A stretch of 64,000 nt of DNA from Hypanus sabinus. Lineage: Eukaryota. The notes under the pieces were generated by a model, which worked only from the letters and a program-made list of their open reading frames with translations, was not told where the DNA came from and did no database searches. The stretch is taken from the NCBI RefSeq assembly GCF_030144855.1, contig NC_082722.1, positions 20,460,001 to 20,524,000 of the forward strand, written 5' to 3'. The position numbers and the translations under genes are program-made. Positions 62,735 to 64,000 of the stretch are shown here, one piece after another (within the stretch, counting starts at the first letter, position 1; every line of letters starts with the position of its first letter).

Positions 62735-64000
62735 TTCAGCAGCCTTATGTAACGTGCTCATGTGGATCATGTTTTTGTTCTTCTATCTGGAAGTGGGAAG
62801 CGGAACTGCCAGAGGTCACATATTTGTACCAACGAGCTAGGAAGGGAAAGGGAGGAGGCTCTGAAAACGGACTACATGGAGTTAGGAAGGAAGTTGAGAA
62901 CCAGGACCTCAAAGGTAGTAATCTCGGAAGTACTGCCTGAGCCACGTGCCGTGGATTATAGGAAGAGAATGAGTTGGAAGGTAATGCGTGGATGTGGGAT
63001 TGAAGCAGGGGGCAGTGATTTAAATTTCTGGGTTACTGGGACTTCATTTTGGACACGAGTGACCTGTGAAAAAGGACAGGTTGCCCTTGATTCCGCGGAG
63101 GACCGATGCCCTGGCAGGCTGGTTTGCTTGGGATATTCGTGAGGGTTTAAACCAGAATTGCTGGAAGAAGTGAACCGAACTGAAGAAACAGAGGAAGGAG
63201 AGATTAGCGCACAAATCGATAACAAGTTGTAGATGGTATGAGAGTAAGTATAGGCAGGTGACAGAGAAGGGATACGCGCATACTGGTGGTTTTAGATGAG
63301 TCTATTTTAATGTACGTAGTCTCATGAACAACCCGGATGAGGTTAGAGCGTTGGACAGTAACTGCAGCTATGATGTTGTTGCCATTACAGACACTTGGAC
63401 AGCTCAGGGGCAGGAATGATTATTTCGAGTGCCAGGCTTTAGATGTTTCAAAAGGGCCAGGAAGTGAGGCAAAAGAAATGATGCGTGGCACTGCTGATTA
63501 GAGACAGTGTAACAGCTGCAGACAAAAGGAGGAAGTCACGGAAGGATTGTCTACTGAGTCATTAGGAGCACAAATGATTCAATACAGGGGTGTTTTTTTA
63601 TAGACCACCCAATAGTGACAGGGACATCGAGGAACAGATAGCCAGACAGATTCTGGAAATGTATAATAATAACAGGGAGCAGGGACATTTTAATTTCCCC
63701 AATATTGATTGTGAGGGGCTTAGATGGGGTAGAGTTTATTAGGCGAGTTCAGGAAGGTTTGCTGACACAATATGTAGAAAAGCCTACAAAAGGAGAGGCT
63801 GCACTTGATCTGGTATTCGGAAATTAACTTGGTTAGCTGACAGGTCTCTCAGTAGGAGAGTATTTTGGAGATAGTGATCACAATTCTATCCCCTTTGCCA
63901 TAGCATTGGAGAGGGTTAGGAACAACCAAGTTAGGAAAGTGTTTAATTAGAGTAAGGGGAAATTTGAATCTATCAGGCAGGAACTAGGAAGCATAAATTG
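62735..64000 (+). mobile_element. CR1 ORF1-esterase/endonuclease region, paralog of about 26650-28400; continues past the window end
   Basis: Shares idiosyncratic changes with the 27-28 kb copy (cacaaatcgataa, acagtaactg.agctatg, tgctgacacaatatgtag). Confidence 0.85.

Noticed and set aside
1-64000. tRNA/rRNA genes, CRISPR arrays or prokaryotic systems
   Set aside because: None seen. The DNA is intron-containing vertebrate sequence, and tRNA-like segments occur only within SINEs.

Overview
Eukaryotic, repeat-rich genomic DNA with two N-gaps (33223-33360, 35401-35540). The repeat repertoire (CR1, HE1-like SINEs, Rex1/Babar, Gypsy) suggests a cartilaginous fish, probably a ray; this is an inference. 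The only convincing host gene is on the minus strand ('gene B', about 38.4-46.1 kb). It encodes a non-rearranging immunoglobulin-superfamily type I receptor: leader, germline-joined V(J) domain with an NKp30-like G strand, C1-set domain, TM exon with an acidic Asp, and a short uncertain tail. All resolved junctions are in phase 1. A diverged paralogous 3' half ('gene A', about 6.7-11.8 kb) has a TM exon with an Arg and a candidate 33-nt tyrosine-motif exon (PIYGSIEF), but no V, C1 or leader exon was found for it. Both sit in an old tandem segmental duplication (about 7-33 kb versus about 36-64 kb) that shares TE insertions and breakpoints. The rest is nested transposable elements: a Gmr1-type Gypsy (integrase before RT) with its 3' LTR, many CR1s, an L1, a Gypsy>CR1>hAT nest with a paralogous Gypsy>CR1>piggyBac nest, a Tigger derivative, a solo LTR and Rex1/Babar fragments. 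Exon calls, alignments and percent identities were done by eye; TE edges are approximate unless termini or TSDs are quoted.
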